From: Pecten maximus
Lineage: Eukaryota
NCBI RefSeq assembly: GCF_902652985.1
Contig: NC_047017.1
Span: 50,530,001 to 50,594,000, forward strand
Direction of reading: 5' to 3'
DNA length: 64,000 nucleotides
The notes beneath the pieces were generated by a model that saw only the letters and a program-made list of their open reading frames with translations, searched no databases and was not told the origin of the DNA. A program made the translations under genes and the position numbers. Positions 40,740 through 54,994 of this stretch are shown here, piece by piece; the stretch's first letter is position 1; each line of letters begins with the position of its first letter.

Positions 40740-42095
40740 CAATTAAAATGTTGATCAAACTTTGATTGATATTGGCAACAAACATGAAGTTTCGTCATAA
40801 AATTGGTAATATGAGAGCTAACCTCATATATCGCACATTATCAATCTGTTTTGTACTCCAGTATTCAGTTACAGTTTTTTTTTATATACATGTATCTGTG
40901 TGTATCTTATCCATATACGGGACAAATATAAATAGCTGCTTCACAAATTGGTACTTTTACTCAGTCGTGTAGTCAGAACTCCCGCCAGGCAGAGTACCAT
41001 TAACATTTCTCCAAACCTCAGAGGAATTCTGTATAGAACCATAACATATCAAAACACCCATGCCAGAAATAAATAAAAAAAAAAAAACGTCTACCATTCC
41101 CTTTGTCTACATATAAGAAAAGTGGTTGTACCGTCGTGGACAAGTCCAAAGGTTACCATCATCATCGTTTTGAGAAGTATTCTTTTTATTATGGGATCTG
41201 AATTTAGACATGTTCTCTTCTCGTTGTTCTCTGTTGTTTCGTGTTTAGAATCTCTTGTCTCATTATGAGGACTGGCATTATTTAACCTAATATTTCTCGT
41301 CGATGTAGTAGAGACTCTTACTCTGACGCATCGTCGGTACAAACGTGATTTGTCCACGGTAACACAGATCGATTCCGTAGGGGCACTTGCGCAAAAAGGT
41401 TCGTATTCATGAATTATCCATGAACTAAATCCAGTTAACTGATTGATTCCGTTGAAAATTGTTTCGGAAAATCGTACCAATGAGAAACGACTTATGTGGT
41501 ATACGGCCTGTTTGGCAAGCTGACAGATATCCAAGCTTAATGTGTCGTCTATATCTTCTACACAGAAGAGTATCATTCAATACGAAGCGTTCTGATTGAT
41601 CGAATAAAACATCAATAATTTTTGTTAAACGGAAGGTTTTCAGGGCTGTGCTCCATACAAAGAGGAGACTCGATCTATGGTGGCCGACGATGACAATCGA
41701 TGCTTTCTTACTGTGCTACTTTTTATCAATTTTGGGTAAGAATCGATTTACCACATCATGATGATATCGTGTTCGATATGTAATCGGCAAAACAATGAGG
41801 AAAACAAAAAGGAATCCATTTAGCATATATGTGTCTCGATAATCCATGGATACGGTATCCTTAGAACAAAATTGTCTTAAAGATAAGCGGTTACGTTTTA
41901 TGTTTTATGAAGTCCTATGTCTGATTCGTACTCCAAGCGATGGCTGTCGGTCACACGAATCTATTTCAGTTTTTCAATCTATTAACAAGACCGAATATTT
42001 GTGTGATTCGTACATATTTCAGTCTCGGACTCATTTTTTTATTCCACAGGATAGACCAAAATTTGTTTCGTAATTCTACACCGTAATGATTTTGC

Positions 42096-42285
42096 ATACT
42101 ATAGTAATAGTAATCTTGTATACTATAGTAATAGTAATTCTGTATACTATAGTAATAATAATCTTGTATATTATATATAGCAATAGTAATCTTGTATACT
42201 ACATGGTTTTTATTGTATATAATAATAGTAATTCTGTATACTATATAGTTAAAGTAATCTTGTATACTAAAGTAATAGTAATCTT
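42096..42285. repeat. Degenerate 24-bp AT-rich tandem repeat
   Basis: ATACTATAGTAATAGTAATCTTGT-like units. Confidence 0.8.
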
Positions 42286-43469
42286 GCTGTTATCTGCTCA
42301 TACAGTAGTACCCAGTTTAACTAGCGCATAGTTATGGCTTTAGCTAAATTATCGTTATTTTTTACGATGTTTATAACAAAACACCTCAAGCATACTATTT
42401 TCACCTCCACATTGGTCGTGGTTCAGGTATGCTGATGGTCAATCGTCTTCATTTTAGTGCAGTTATGTTTGTAGCCGCTTTCCGACGTTTCATAAATTCG
42501 ACATCAGTTCCATCAAAACATACATACCCATAAAACACATGTATCTCTCACACACAGCAACGTTTTTAAATGACCATAAATATTGATAGGATGTTAAATA
42601 ATACGAAACCACACCATATCTACCTCACATTTGGACATGCATATAGGTACCGTGATAAAGCATGTATGCAGTGACATGTAAATAATGACGGCCAAGGAAG
42701 AAGGCTAGGAATACAAAATAATATTAACATATGTTGCAGATTCTGTTATCAAAGATACATAAACGTCCAGGTTGAGATCTATACTATATTACCTACGTCT
42801 GAGTTAGCTTTGATCTCGCCGACGAACAGTTATATATCTATCACAGCGGATCTAAGGTGAGACATGTTTACTACATATGTATTACTTACAAACATAAACA
42901 TGACTACACTTAATCTTACACACGGACGTTGCAAATTGTATTTACTTATTACTTGCAAAATATGCACGTATATCGCTTAAACAAATTTGTAACACTCTTA
43001 CATTTTACAGACTATCTTGATCTCTTCGCTGATCTCTTGGCAGCCCACTTGTTTCTTTCCACTAAATACTTTTCCGGATTAAGCACTTATCGATACAGAA
43101 AACATACGTTTACTGAAATATAAATATTTTCATGATACGTCTTCGAAAACATTATCTGCTTAATGTAATATACAATGCAATATTGCAATTGATGAAACGT
43201 TCTATTCATGTATGCTGAAATATTTTACGTGTATTGCAACCAGTTATGATTTAATCTGTGAAGTATCGGTAACTACAGGCATTCACCTTTATCAGACACA
43301 ATGAAAGGTCTCTGACTGTACTATACAGTCTATTTACAGATACAGTTTGTAAATATTGATATCACAGCTATGATAGATGTATTGTTATAATGCACTTCTA
43401 ATACAGTCTGTAAGTCATTAACATTATTGTCCATTATTTCTCTACCTACCTATACTTCTCCTGTTACAT

Positions 43470-45610
43470 GTATGTGGGAAACAGCGAAAGTTATGCCCCT
43501 TTTCAAGAAGGGTGATAGGCACTCTCCATCAAATTACCGTCCAAAATCATTATTATCCTCCGTAGGCAAAGTTTTTGAGAGGGTTATTTTTAAACATGTT
43601 GACAATTATTAAATCATGAATTCTCTCTTTTATGAACACCAGTCTGGTTTTACTGCCTGATCATTCTACTGTTTATCAATTAATTGAAATATACCAAAAT
43701 GTTTGAATGGCATTATTAAAAAAAAAACAAAAAAAAACACATGTCTTCTTTTTTTGTGACATATCAAAGGCTTTTGATAGGGTTTGGCATTTGGGTCTAT
43801 TGGAAAAATTAAAATCTTACAGTGTTTCTGGATAGAGAGATTTCATTGCTGATTAGCTTTCTTCCATTGGTTACATTCAGGCATGAGTGCCTCAGGGCTT
43901 TATTCTCGGCCCTATACTTCAAATAAACTGTACATCAATGATATCTCTAAAATTTTACGTTCTTCATCTCGTGTCTTAGTCAATGATACATCTATTATTT
44001 GATCATCCCCTTTATGTGTTGAAATTAAAACTGAATTAAATCAAGACTTATAATCACGTAATTCCTGGGCAAATCAGTGGCTAGTAAGTTTTAACCCTAG
44101 TAAAATGAAAGTTTTTTTTATAACAAATTCTGCAAATACAAATGCTAAGCTTGATACTATCTTTGGTTGTGAGATATTAAATTTAACTGAGAACACAAAA
44201 GCACTTGGGTGTTGTTTTAATGGCAGTTGGACATGGTCTGATCATGTCGGTTATATTAATATTTCAGCAATGAAGAAAAAAATGCACCCAGAAAGTTAAA
44301 ATATATTCTCGATAGGAATACTTTGTTGAAAATTTATAACACTTTTATTTTACCAGTATTTTAAAAATTTCTGCGAATTATGGGATGGGTGTACTCAGCA
44401 CGAATCAGAATTACTTGAAAAGGCTCAAAGAGAAGCACTACCTATCATTACCGGTCTTCTATCATATATGAATATCACTGTTCTATATTTTGAAACAGGC
44501 TTAGAAAAGTTATCAGAAAGAAGGAAAACGATGAAACTACAACTGTTATCTAAAATGAAAAATAGTATCACTCCTTAATTTCTTAATGACCTTTTGTCAC
44601 CTACAGTAGCTTTAACAATCCTATCCATTTAGAACAGAAATGATTTTACGGTTCCAAATTATAGACTGAACAGTACGCGATCCCCCTTTTTACCATCAAC
44701 TTTACTTCCATGGAACAGTTTAAACATGGAAACAATATCCTCACTTTCTTTATCTATTTTTAAATCCGCTATTTCTCATTCAGTAAATTGCCAAAATGCA
44801 TCTTCTTTCTACAGTTTTTGGGAACGAAAGTTAAATATTTTGCATACTAAGTTGAGGTACAAATGTAGTTCTTAAAACTATGATCTTTTAAGAGTAAATC
44901 TAACAGAAACTTTTGAGTGTTCTTGTGTATCCATTTTCGTTATCACATTATGCTATTTCTCAATTTATATATTTAAGGATTGAATCTTTATTTGGTCGAT
45001 TTCATTGGGTCATGAATTGAGTTGCTCTTGAGACAAATTCAACATGAACTGCTTCGCAGTTCATTAAATTTGTCTCAAGAGCAACTCAATTCATGACCCA
45101 ATGAAATCGACGAAATCAAGATTCAACCCTTATATTTCAATTGTGTTTTCTTCGAATAAAAAAGTCGGACTAAATATTAATGTCTGGAAGCGTGTGCAAG
45201 TCCAAATGGGAAAAAGCCAGAGGAATTCCGGATTGTGCATGTCTAGTCGGTCGAGTAAAATAGTCCGCAATATTAGGATTAAAAACAGCATTATGTTGTC
45301 AAAATAGAAGTATTTAGCATATCTGTTCTTTCATAAATTACAATAATACATTATAAATTTGATAATTTTAATAATTATTCCATGTTTATAACAAAAATGT
45401 AGAAAAAGTGAAATCGTTCCGCGGAAGGATTTTAACCATGTATTCATACGAACTGATCAGTGTTAATCTGGTCAAATTCATGAGCAAATGAAACAGATTA
45501 AGTTTGGTAGTTTCATTGAGTCCAACTTGAGTAGAAATTGAAATATTATGTATTGTGGAGAAAGCCTATGAAATGTTGTAATAACCAGTTCCTTTTTTTA
45601 TTTAAATGTA
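43470..45610 (+). mobile_element. Heavily decayed CR1/L2-group LINE, similar to 1153-1867, interrupted by a foldback element
   Basis: Broken frames read WETAKVMPLFKKGD..PSNYRP.SLL, FCDISKAFDRVWH, VPQG.ILGP, WANQWLVSFNPSK and ERKLNILHTKLRYKCS. The segment TGTATTGTGGAGAAAGCC...TTGTAATAAC at ~45549 resembles the 3' UTR of the first LINE. Confidence 0.85.
44953..45547. mobile_element. Foldback element with ~165-bp near-perfect hairpin, inserted in the LINE
   Basis: Inverted arms at 44970-45135 are centred on ATGAACTGC-TTC-GCAGTTCAT. An arm-like sequence TTTCATTGAGTC..CTTGAG recurs at ~45510. The outer boundaries are approximate. Confidence 0.7.
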
Positions 45611-46512
45611 CATTTTCTATGTCAATATTTTTATCATTATACTGAATTCTTGATGTTAGATATGCTTTTAATGTTGAAAATATCCTTCAAATACAATCAA
45701 AAAATTAAGTTGCACTAAGTTGTATTATGAAACCTGGCAAATTATGAAAAGGTACATCTTCGTGATTCGAACTTCCAATCTTCGGGTTGTTAAGTGCTTG
45801 TTCTATCATAGCAGCTAAGCAGACTTATTGAAAATATAGTCAGTCTTAGTAAATGCTAAATTAAGATATTTCATCAACTACGATTTTTTGAACTTTTCCA
45901 TGCTAGCGCATCGGAGGACCACTTTTTAAGAATAGAATTTTGGTTGTCTAGAATAAAATAAGATATTTTAAAGGTCTTCCATTGCACTCAATGTTAAAAA
46001 TGATTAGTTGCATATAGCCCGATAATATAACTTTACTCTCATTTAATGAAACATCCATTGGAATGAACAAACACATTTTTCGCAAATAAGAATATTGATA
46101 TGTTTAATTTTTTCTGATTTTGAAAACGGTCACCGTTATGTCGAAACAAGCCAGCATATGCGGCATACCTCTTTATTCCGTTACAGAGTTAATATACTTT
46201 CTGTTTGCATTTATTTTCTTTGTTTTTCCTACTTTTGTGCTGTACGTGGACAATTTCTCTAGCATGGGAGTCATGGCAAGGTGAAATAGCTAAAGTATGC
46301 AGCTTTCTCCAGGATTCGGCATATGCTGCATTTTAAATATGAAACTAAAATCATATTTTCAAGTAATTCATTTGTGTGTCAAATAAAGTAAAATAAATAT
46401 ACTCTTTTATTGGAATTGGACACAATTCGCAATGTTAATTTAGATATTAGTCGTCATAATTTGTTAGTCAAATGCGTTCTGATGGTTATTTTCTTAAGAT
46501 TTAAACCAACAG

Positions 46513-47603
46513 TGTAACAGTGTCATTATTTAATGACATTTGGGTATTATTTAGATTTATCCATTTTTGTACTACTGTGCATGTACAGGCTCCGTATTTA
46601 TCATATGTATATGTGTACGCAGTTGTATCGTATGCTATTTTTATATATATGTAAACCTGTTTAACAGGTCAGAGGTCAGAGTTATTTTTATAGTAGAGTG
46701 ACCATGGGTCAATGCGCACCCGCGCTTTTTAGGGTAGCGTCAGTCCCGTACTAGGCACCGTTGTGAGTGGACGTGTATATGTTGCGTCTATATATTTAGC
46801 GCATCCGTGTTGTACCAATCTACATCACTGTGAGTACTTCATAATTTCTAACTTTAATGTATATTGAATTGTATGTAGTAATATATGGATATGTTGAATG
46901 TCAATTATTTCCTTTATAAATTAATTGAAATAATTTACTTATTGGTAAAGATTGTCCAGAAATTGAATTTCCCGCCACTTTCTTATTATTTATTCTGTGT
47001 GGATAAACGTTTTGGTTCAGCTGATAGGCGTTATGCATTTAGCCTTTTATATTAAACATTGTAGTTAGTATACGGTGCCAGTACATGTTAGTAAATATTG
47101 TTTATTTTATTATTGTAGCATTTATATGCGCTGTAATATTGTACGGGTTGTCTCCCCGGGAGTCGAGCCCTCTTCGTCAAATGAAGAGGTAGGTTTTTTA
47201 TATGGCTCCATTTATATTGTGTTGGTAGCATCATTTTTAAGAATATCCACGTACATGAGAAATTGTCATTGTTTGTATAAGCGTTACGCACTTGCTACTT
47301 TGTCAGATCTGTAATGTGCATAGTTCAGTAGTAGTTGTAACGTTTATGATTACGCCTGGGTTAGTAGGTGTTCTTGAATCTTAGGTTCTAAGCGTTATGC
47401 TTCCGGTTGCGTCAGATTCGTACACCTGTCGTGTTATTGTGGGATGGATTATTCCACTTTGAGATTGTAACTATTTTACTCATTGTTGTTATTTGTTATT
47501 TTAGGGTGTTTTATGGACTAATAAACTATGAATTGGAACTTAAGCGTTGGAGTCATGGTGTAGACAATTGAATAACCGACCCGGCTCAAAGCGACCGGTT
47601 ACA
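46513..47603 (+). mobile_element. Candidate solo LTR
   Basis: Termini TGTAAC...GTTACA, TATA-like sequence at ~46789 and AATAAA at 47520. No matching TSD was seen. Confidence 0.45.
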
Positions 47604-48256
47604 TTATCTTACAGGATGTCAACATCAAATGAGGAAATTGTTGATATGATCTCATTTAGAGCGAATTATTTTATTATGGTCGGGTGAGTAGGACCCCCCG
47701 TGCAACCAGCGTAGTGTTTGATTACTATGAATTTAAGGCGGGCGTTACAAACTAAAAAAAACGTTGGAAAATAAATTTATTTGGAAAGAAAACATATTTC
47801 GATATAATCTCCCTGACCTGATTACAGGATATTGCAAGCTTGCCGTGGTAAAGTGGTAATATGCAAATAATGGCACAAAATTCAAGTTTGAGCTATGGTG
47901 CTTGTTCAATACAAATTTATATGTAATATATTTGCATGTCAGCTTCTGCCTAGTCATTACAAGCCGTGATCGCTAATGCGCTGTCAGAAACAGCTATGAT
48001 GAGTAAGGTTAAGCGCGAACCATTTTCCTCTGGAACATTGATTCGAGGCACATTTGCGACAGGAGATAATGTTATTGGGTTAGTTGTTTCCCCACCGTAG
48101 GTAGGTTCGTTGTCCTCCTTGTAGTTCCCTCCAACACCTGAAATGACATTCGTTCCAATAGCGAAGTCCTAATGAAAATGATTCTACACAGCTTATTGAT
48201 AGTCGACCTTGTAAACGACGTTAAATACATAATATTTTCATTTACATTTAGTGTAC

Positions 48257-48325
48257 TGCTATGCTATGCTATGCTATGCTATGCTATGCTATGCTATGCT
48301 ATGCTTTGCTTTGCTATGCTATGCT
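48257..48325. repeat. (TGCTA)n microsatellite
   Basis: Directly visible pentanucleotide repeat. Confidence 0.97.
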
Positions 48326-49109
48326 TCATGTTACGCTTACTGTAAATACCTTTTCTTACCAACGTGAAACTAAGTTATAAACAAATACATGCACACAAAG
48401 ACAGTTTATACACGTCACTACTGTGTGGCAATGATACGTGTGATTTATTATTAACAGGTACAATACAGGTAACTTATATCTACACGCATGAGTGATTAAT
48501 ACTGACCTACCGATACCAGAGGTCGTACAAGGTTAAACGGTAACAAACAAACAGGTACAACATGTACATGTAACAGCAAGGGAGGTAATTGAAGCAAACC
48601 ACAATGCATCTCCAATTTGTGATGTTCACAATTGACATTTATTTATCATTTCAGTACAAAATATACATTTCATTCATTCTTTACCCTTAATAATCTGTTA
48701 ACTGAGCTACTAATTCATATTACGGATCGTTAGTACCATAAAATCCTGACAAAATCTTTATTTAATTTTCTATGCTTGACATCTTTTTTCCTCTTTTTTT
48801 GTGATAATTTTTACTTACGTTCTAAAGCTAAAGAGCATTGTTATATTTTAGACTAAAGAATTAAAGAAATACCAGTTTTCTCATTTTCGGCAAATGCTTG
48901 ATATAAAGGGGTATAAAGGGCAAGTTTCTTCCCAAGGATGCATTTTTTTCTGAAAATAAGCATAACAGTATTGCGCATTTGTTGTAAGACGAGACGAAAT
49001 CGGTTTTTTTTAGAAAAAAAGATCAACTGATGCACCACAGACATAATTATATTGATACTAAATATGTAAACTCTGTGATGTGCTACCGCTAAATAACAAA
49101 CACTTTTTA

Positions 49110-49450
49110 TGAATAGTACCCTGTAGAACTTAAAATCAAGGATACAGACTCGACAACACCATCGATTTCTTCTGTCTTTACTTGCAACATAATCAACACG
49201 GACAGCTTACAGTTAAGCTGTTTGAAAAACGTGATAGTTTCAATTTCCCAATTGTGAATTTTCCATTTCAAGATTGTAACAGCCCTACTTCCTCTACCTA
49301 CGTAGATTCCATGTACCAAGTGATTAGATATTTATTCACGGCCTTGTTCCTATTATCACAATGACTATGATAGTTCTCGACTACTGATGGTGAAATCAAC
49401 AACACAAGGTTTTAAGATTTCTATACAGGTTGGTGAATACCATAGGAAAT
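49110..49450 (+). mobile_element. Penelope-like element RT fragment (decayed)
   Basis: ORF 49182 reads GQLTVKLFEKRDSFNFPIVNFPF...STY....QVIRY, matching the Penelope-like RT thumb motif LYDKRDDFNFPIVNFP...SQLIRY. Confidence 0.8.
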
Positions 49451-52006
49451 TATTCTCCTTTTCCCTTGTGCGATATGAAGTCAGAAGTATTTAATGATAG
49501 TTGATATGCCTACATTTAGCAGTTCCGTGATCTCCACCTTAATTCTAATATTTTTGGAATTTGTAAATTTTGGTTGTGGGTTTCGTCGTATAACTGTTTT
49601 GAATGATTTTTGAAAGTGAGACATTATTTTCAATATCCTTTTTAACTGATACATTTATTCGAGTAAAATAAAATATCTGAGCATGATAATGTCTTATCAT
49701 AGTTTTCGCCTTGTTTGTTATTGGCCTCGCCGAGGTTTGGTGATAACGATAGCAGATGTGTTTATAATTGATAATTTAAAGATTTGCTGTTTTTCACACG
49801 GATTTTTTTACTATGATTGCCAACATTATCAGCAATGCGTTAGACTTATAAAGATACTTATACGAAACAAAATGCAAAAGCACAGATGCAGCTGTATTAG
49901 CAAAGCGCATATCAATACAGTATGCCACTATAAGCGATGTACGTACCTCATACAAAGCCGGGTCCGATAAACATTAAATCTCATCCTACTGGATAAAACC
50001 ATGTATGTATGATATGGGTGTGCTTACCTGTAACATTATTTCCATATTCAAATGTTTGAGTATGCATACCTTGGCAGAATTGTATGTCATATGCTCTTTT
50101 CAGGAGCTATTTTTAAGATTTCAATAAAAGCGTTTTAGATGTCAGGCTGTGTGTGATGACATTTTATATATAAATAAAGCAGCGTACAAATTATACGGAT
50201 GCTGATGCTTTTATTGAATTAAGTCAATTAAGGTATGTTAATGTTATAATAATTGTCAATCGAGATTTTAATAAATGTCTTCATTGTATGTATCAATGTG
50301 ATATATATAATCCTTTATAGAAGATTATTTTCGTTTCATTTCAGATCTTCTGAAAAGGTTTTTTTTCCATAAAATCTCATATAAAGTGAAAACAAAATTA
50401 AGGTATCATATAACTCAAAAAACTTACATTTGTTTTTTTTTTAAGTCATTCTTTATCGCCATTTGAACGCATGACGTAACATGTTCATATTATAATGACG
50501 TCACAATGGAATTCTGACTGGGCCTGCCAATGGAAAACGTTTCAGGATATATGACAATAGTGACAAAATATTACACGTTGAAATTTCACTGGATGACAGG
50601 CCAATTATATGATAAATACATTTATTTTTCGCGTATTTTCACACCAAACACTTTTAAAGTATCAGTTCTCCTTGTTAACGGTACACTGGCACATATTGTC
50701 TTAGCTCTCAACAACTTTAAGATACAAGGAGACCCTTGTATGAAAATAATTATGGTTTCTATGATCTGATATTAAAATGGCATTGCACATTGATTGAGCT
50801 GTTTGATATACGGAATCATAACGATCAGCTTCATGTACATGCTGTTTTTTACCCGGGTCAAGTTGTTCTCCTTCTACAATATACAATGTATGTTTTGTAA
50901 AAGCTTGTTCTTATTTTATACACACTAGTGAAATTTATTATACACACAATTCAAACTGTATCATAATCAGTTCTGATAAACATGTTGATCCGACGAATTT
51001 ACATAGATACTAGTTCCGAATATTTGTGTGGCATGTTTTATTTTGTTGAATTGTTTAGTTGGACAATTTCACATCGCTTTTCTAATGTAAAGAAAGCGAC
51101 AACAATTCTTAGTTATTAACACATTCAACATTTATGAAGAAAATTTAGATGTGGATAAGAGGAAAGGAAACAACACTTATACAGAATGAGTTCTATATTC
51201 TAAATATGTTCCTATGACGCCTTTTGCATATCTTATAGATCATCATGCTATTTATTTGTAATAGGAAAAACATTATTCAGGTACTTCCGAAGAATTCAAA
51301 AACAATGGTATCTATATGATCAAGATCCAGTGTAAGTATCTTATCCTATGTTAACCATGGCAATTTTGAAAATTATGCTGTTTGAGTTGCATTTCTACAT
51401 GATGTTTAATCTATTTTCTGCATTGTGCATTAATGTATTTTCTTCTTATATAATACGAATCGACATATAATAAGTAAAGGTTATGAAGACCGGTTTACCG
51501 GACATTTTTTTTAAACTCTTGTTTCAAGCTTAACATATTTGTTTTACTATTTGGTACGCCGAGTTCGATAAAAAATATCATAAACATTGGAATGTGGTAA
51601 CTACATGTATGACAGGTTTTGTGTTTTATGGTCCTATTATGATCAATTAAACATTTAACAGTTACTAATCCTGGCACCGCCACCATCAATGCGTTAGTCT
51701 TAAAGAGGATAAAAATACACAATAATATGCAAATGTACATATATAGCAATTTGCCATGTACGCTTTTGGAGCCATAATACTTGTAATGTGCACAGCATTG
51801 TGGAGACTTTTAGCTGTGATTTATAGCTTCAGTCAATGGTGTTATTACCGTCGATAGAGGGACATGAGGTTTAAATAACAAACTGTATATAAACCTGACA
51901 CGACGTAAAGAATACAAGGCCGCCTACAAGGTACGTCTTTATCCTTAGGGTGCGAAGGCGTCCAATAAACAGGAACATTAAAAATCCGTGTGACCGGATG
52001 TGACCG

Positions 52007-52072
52007 TATATATATAATGTTAGCGCTTCATATCGCGGTTAGTATCGATCCAGATCACCTACTCAGTACCAG
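52007..52072 (+). promoter_or_regulatory. TATA box and candidate non-coding exon 1 of the second secreted-protein gene
   Basis: TATATATATAA at 52007-52017 and strong donor CAG|GTAAGC at 52072/52073. Confidence 0.6.
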
Positions 52073-52693
52073 GTAAGCACCAGTAACAACTATGTAAACA
52101 TTGGATACTTATGTCTTTCGTTAGGAAACTTCTGAAACAAATGTCTAAACATTGAATATTGATTTTTAATAGAAAACTTCCATAAGAAATATGTAAACAT
52201 TGGCTTCTGTTGTTTTGATAGAAAATGTCTGCAACATGTATCTTGACATTGGAAAGTGATACTTCGGTATCAAATTTGTAAAACAAACATGTAGACATCG
52301 TATGGTTGTTTTGTGATAACGTTGTACGACATTGTTGATTTTTGTTTGTTTTTACATTTAATGTTCATTATTTGTATAATTATATGTCTATTGGAGTTAT
52401 CGTCTCTAATTTTTGATTTTATTAATCTTTGATTTTGATAAATTACAAAGATCTAAACATATTATGATAACATATCAAAATTAACTACACATTCGTATTT
52501 GGCATGTGCTATTGACACCCTGACAACTATTAGTGTATGTATTATTAGATGTTGAAGCGTGTTGTAACCTTTAGTCGTATTGATAATTGATAAAGATAGT
52601 TAAAGTGAGTTTACAAAACACAAGATAATAGCATCATTAAGTACCAATTGAGAGGACTTAACTACAGTAGATCTAATAATTAATTAAACTGCA

Positions 52694-53408
52694 CCATACT
52701 GCTACGCCCTTCTAGAACACGTCTGTGATATAAGGGACAACATACTGCTACGCCCTTCTAGAACACGTCTGTGATGTTAGGGACATCATTCTACTATTTC
52801 GTCCTTGTAGAACACGCCAGTGATATAAGGGACAACATACTACTATTTCGTCCTTCTAGAACACGTCTGTGATGTTAGGGACATCATTTTACTATTTCGT
52901 CCTTCTAGAACACGTCTGTGATGTTAGGGACATCATTATACTATTTCGTCCTTCTAGAACACGCCAGTGATATAAGGGACAACATACTACTATTTCGTCC
53001 TTCTAGAACATGCCAGTGATATAAGGGACAGCATACTACTATTTCTTCCTTCTAGAACACGCCAGTGATATAAGGGACAACATACTACTATTTCGTCCTT
53101 CTAGAACACAACAGTGATATTAGGGACATCATATGGATATTTCGTCCTTCTAGAACACGTCTGTGATGTTAGAGTCATCATACAGATCTTTGGTCCTTCT
53201 AGAACATGTCTGTGATGTTTTAGGTACATCAAACAGATATTTCGTCCGTCTATAACATGGCAGTGATGCCAGGGACATCATACTGCTATTTTGTTCCCTT
53301 ATATCTCAACAGTGATGTTAGAGACATCATAGACATCGTCCTTCTAGACCACGTCTGTGATGTAAGGGACATCATAGAGATAGTTTGTCCTTCTAGTCTG
53401 TGATGTTA
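52694..53408. repeat. Minisatellite, 46-49-bp unit, ~15 copies, decaying rightwards
   Basis: CATACTACTATTTCGTCCTTCTAGAACACG(TCT/CCA)GTGAT(GTT/ATA)AGGGACA(T/A) units. Confidence 0.93.
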
Positions 53409-53772
53409 AAGGTCTAAAGTGTTGATACCCAGAAGGAGACTAACGTATATCGAAGGAAAATGTCAAAATTTAGATGGAAAAGCAATTATCTCCATTACTG
53501 AAATAAAATGTATTATTTTCAATATCAAGGAGTGATAGTAAATGATTTCTTTTTAATAATCTAATGCTGCCTTACCGTAAAACAGCGTCATGTACAGAAA
53601 ATTCATTTGATATTCTCATTTACATCTATGTTGAGATAAATATTTAATGTTTTTTCCTGTGAATACCATTGAATTATTTAAAATATTTCTAAATAATAAA
53701 ATAAGCGTATTAAGTAACGAGGTCGCTCGTGCAATTACCTTCATGTGTTACAACAATTTGATTACACGCTAC

Positions 53773-53909
53773 TTTAGAATGGCTACTCAGAAAGGTTTAA
53801 AATGGCTACTCAGAAAAGTTTAAAATGGCTACTCAGAAAAGTTTAGAATGGCTACTCAGAAAAGTTTAGAATGGCTACTCAGAATAGTTTAGAATGGCTA
53901 CTCAGAAAA
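53773..53909. repeat. 23-bp tandem repeat, 6 copies
   Basis: TTTAGAATGGCTACTCAGAAAAG units. Confidence 0.95.
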
Positions 53910-54994
53910 CAATCTTCAGTATTCTGTATTGATGAAGTATGTGTCAAAATGCATAATTTATAGAGAAAGGACATTTAAACTGTTGCACCTGTCGATATTT
54001 TATGCAGTAAATATAAAAATATATTTATGATTCGTCAATACTGAAAGCGCATCATTATTTTTAACGGGTACGGTCGTTCGCGAATCTTGTCAGCAATAGA
54101 ATGTAATCTATTAAGTAATATTTAATTAGCATAATCATCGAAAGCGCTTAAATATGATAACCACTAAAGTGTGAGTGTTTATACAATATATGCCGGCAAG
54201 AATAATTTCAAACATTTACTGCTAAGTGGCGTTTACATGTACCGGGTACCAGTGGGTTCTATATTGTACAAATGCCACGATACAATGCAGTTATATTTAA
54301 TCCAAGAAATTGAAGAGATTGCATTCAAGAATGCATACTTTTATTATATTTTTAATATCACGATAACTAATGTATAAAAAAACCATACTAAGATTTTAAT
54401 GTGTAATTGAAATTTTATCATACATCTGAAAAACTACATAATATACGTTGTTTAAGGACATTTTACTAAATCGTTAAACTGGATGATGTTGAGAAAATAT
54501 ATCAAATTGATATTTTAACAGCAGGCAATATGAAAAATATATTATAATCATCATGTCTGTCTTCCATAAGAAAGCTGCAATGTTATTTTTCCCATGTTCT
54601 AAGTGAAAGCAATTTTGATTTCACACTGCGCAAAGGTATAGATGAGATAGATCGAAACAGAATCCTGTGTGAACGAATAACTTTTACGCGGAGGTAATGT
54701 TATGATCTATCCCGAGAAGTGTACCATGTATATTGCAATAAAACCCCAAGGTCGATGTATATATAGTTATAAAATTGTAAACAATACCATAAAGCAATAC
54801 TAAAGACATCCGGTGTGTTTGGTAATACACATGTTAGTACCAAGGTATAACATAGGTAACTCATTAATTAGTGCCAGGTACAAAGCATACTACGTGTTAC
54901 GATCACTCAACAGTAATGACCGCTCTGGCCAGTTCTGACCACATGATGTATACTTTATGTCATTTTCTTACAGGATAGACGTAACCGAGGCGCC

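Noticed and set aside
41091-41576. 161-aa minus-strand ORF
   Set aside because: No recognisable motif or splice context. It may be internal sequence of a non-autonomous element.
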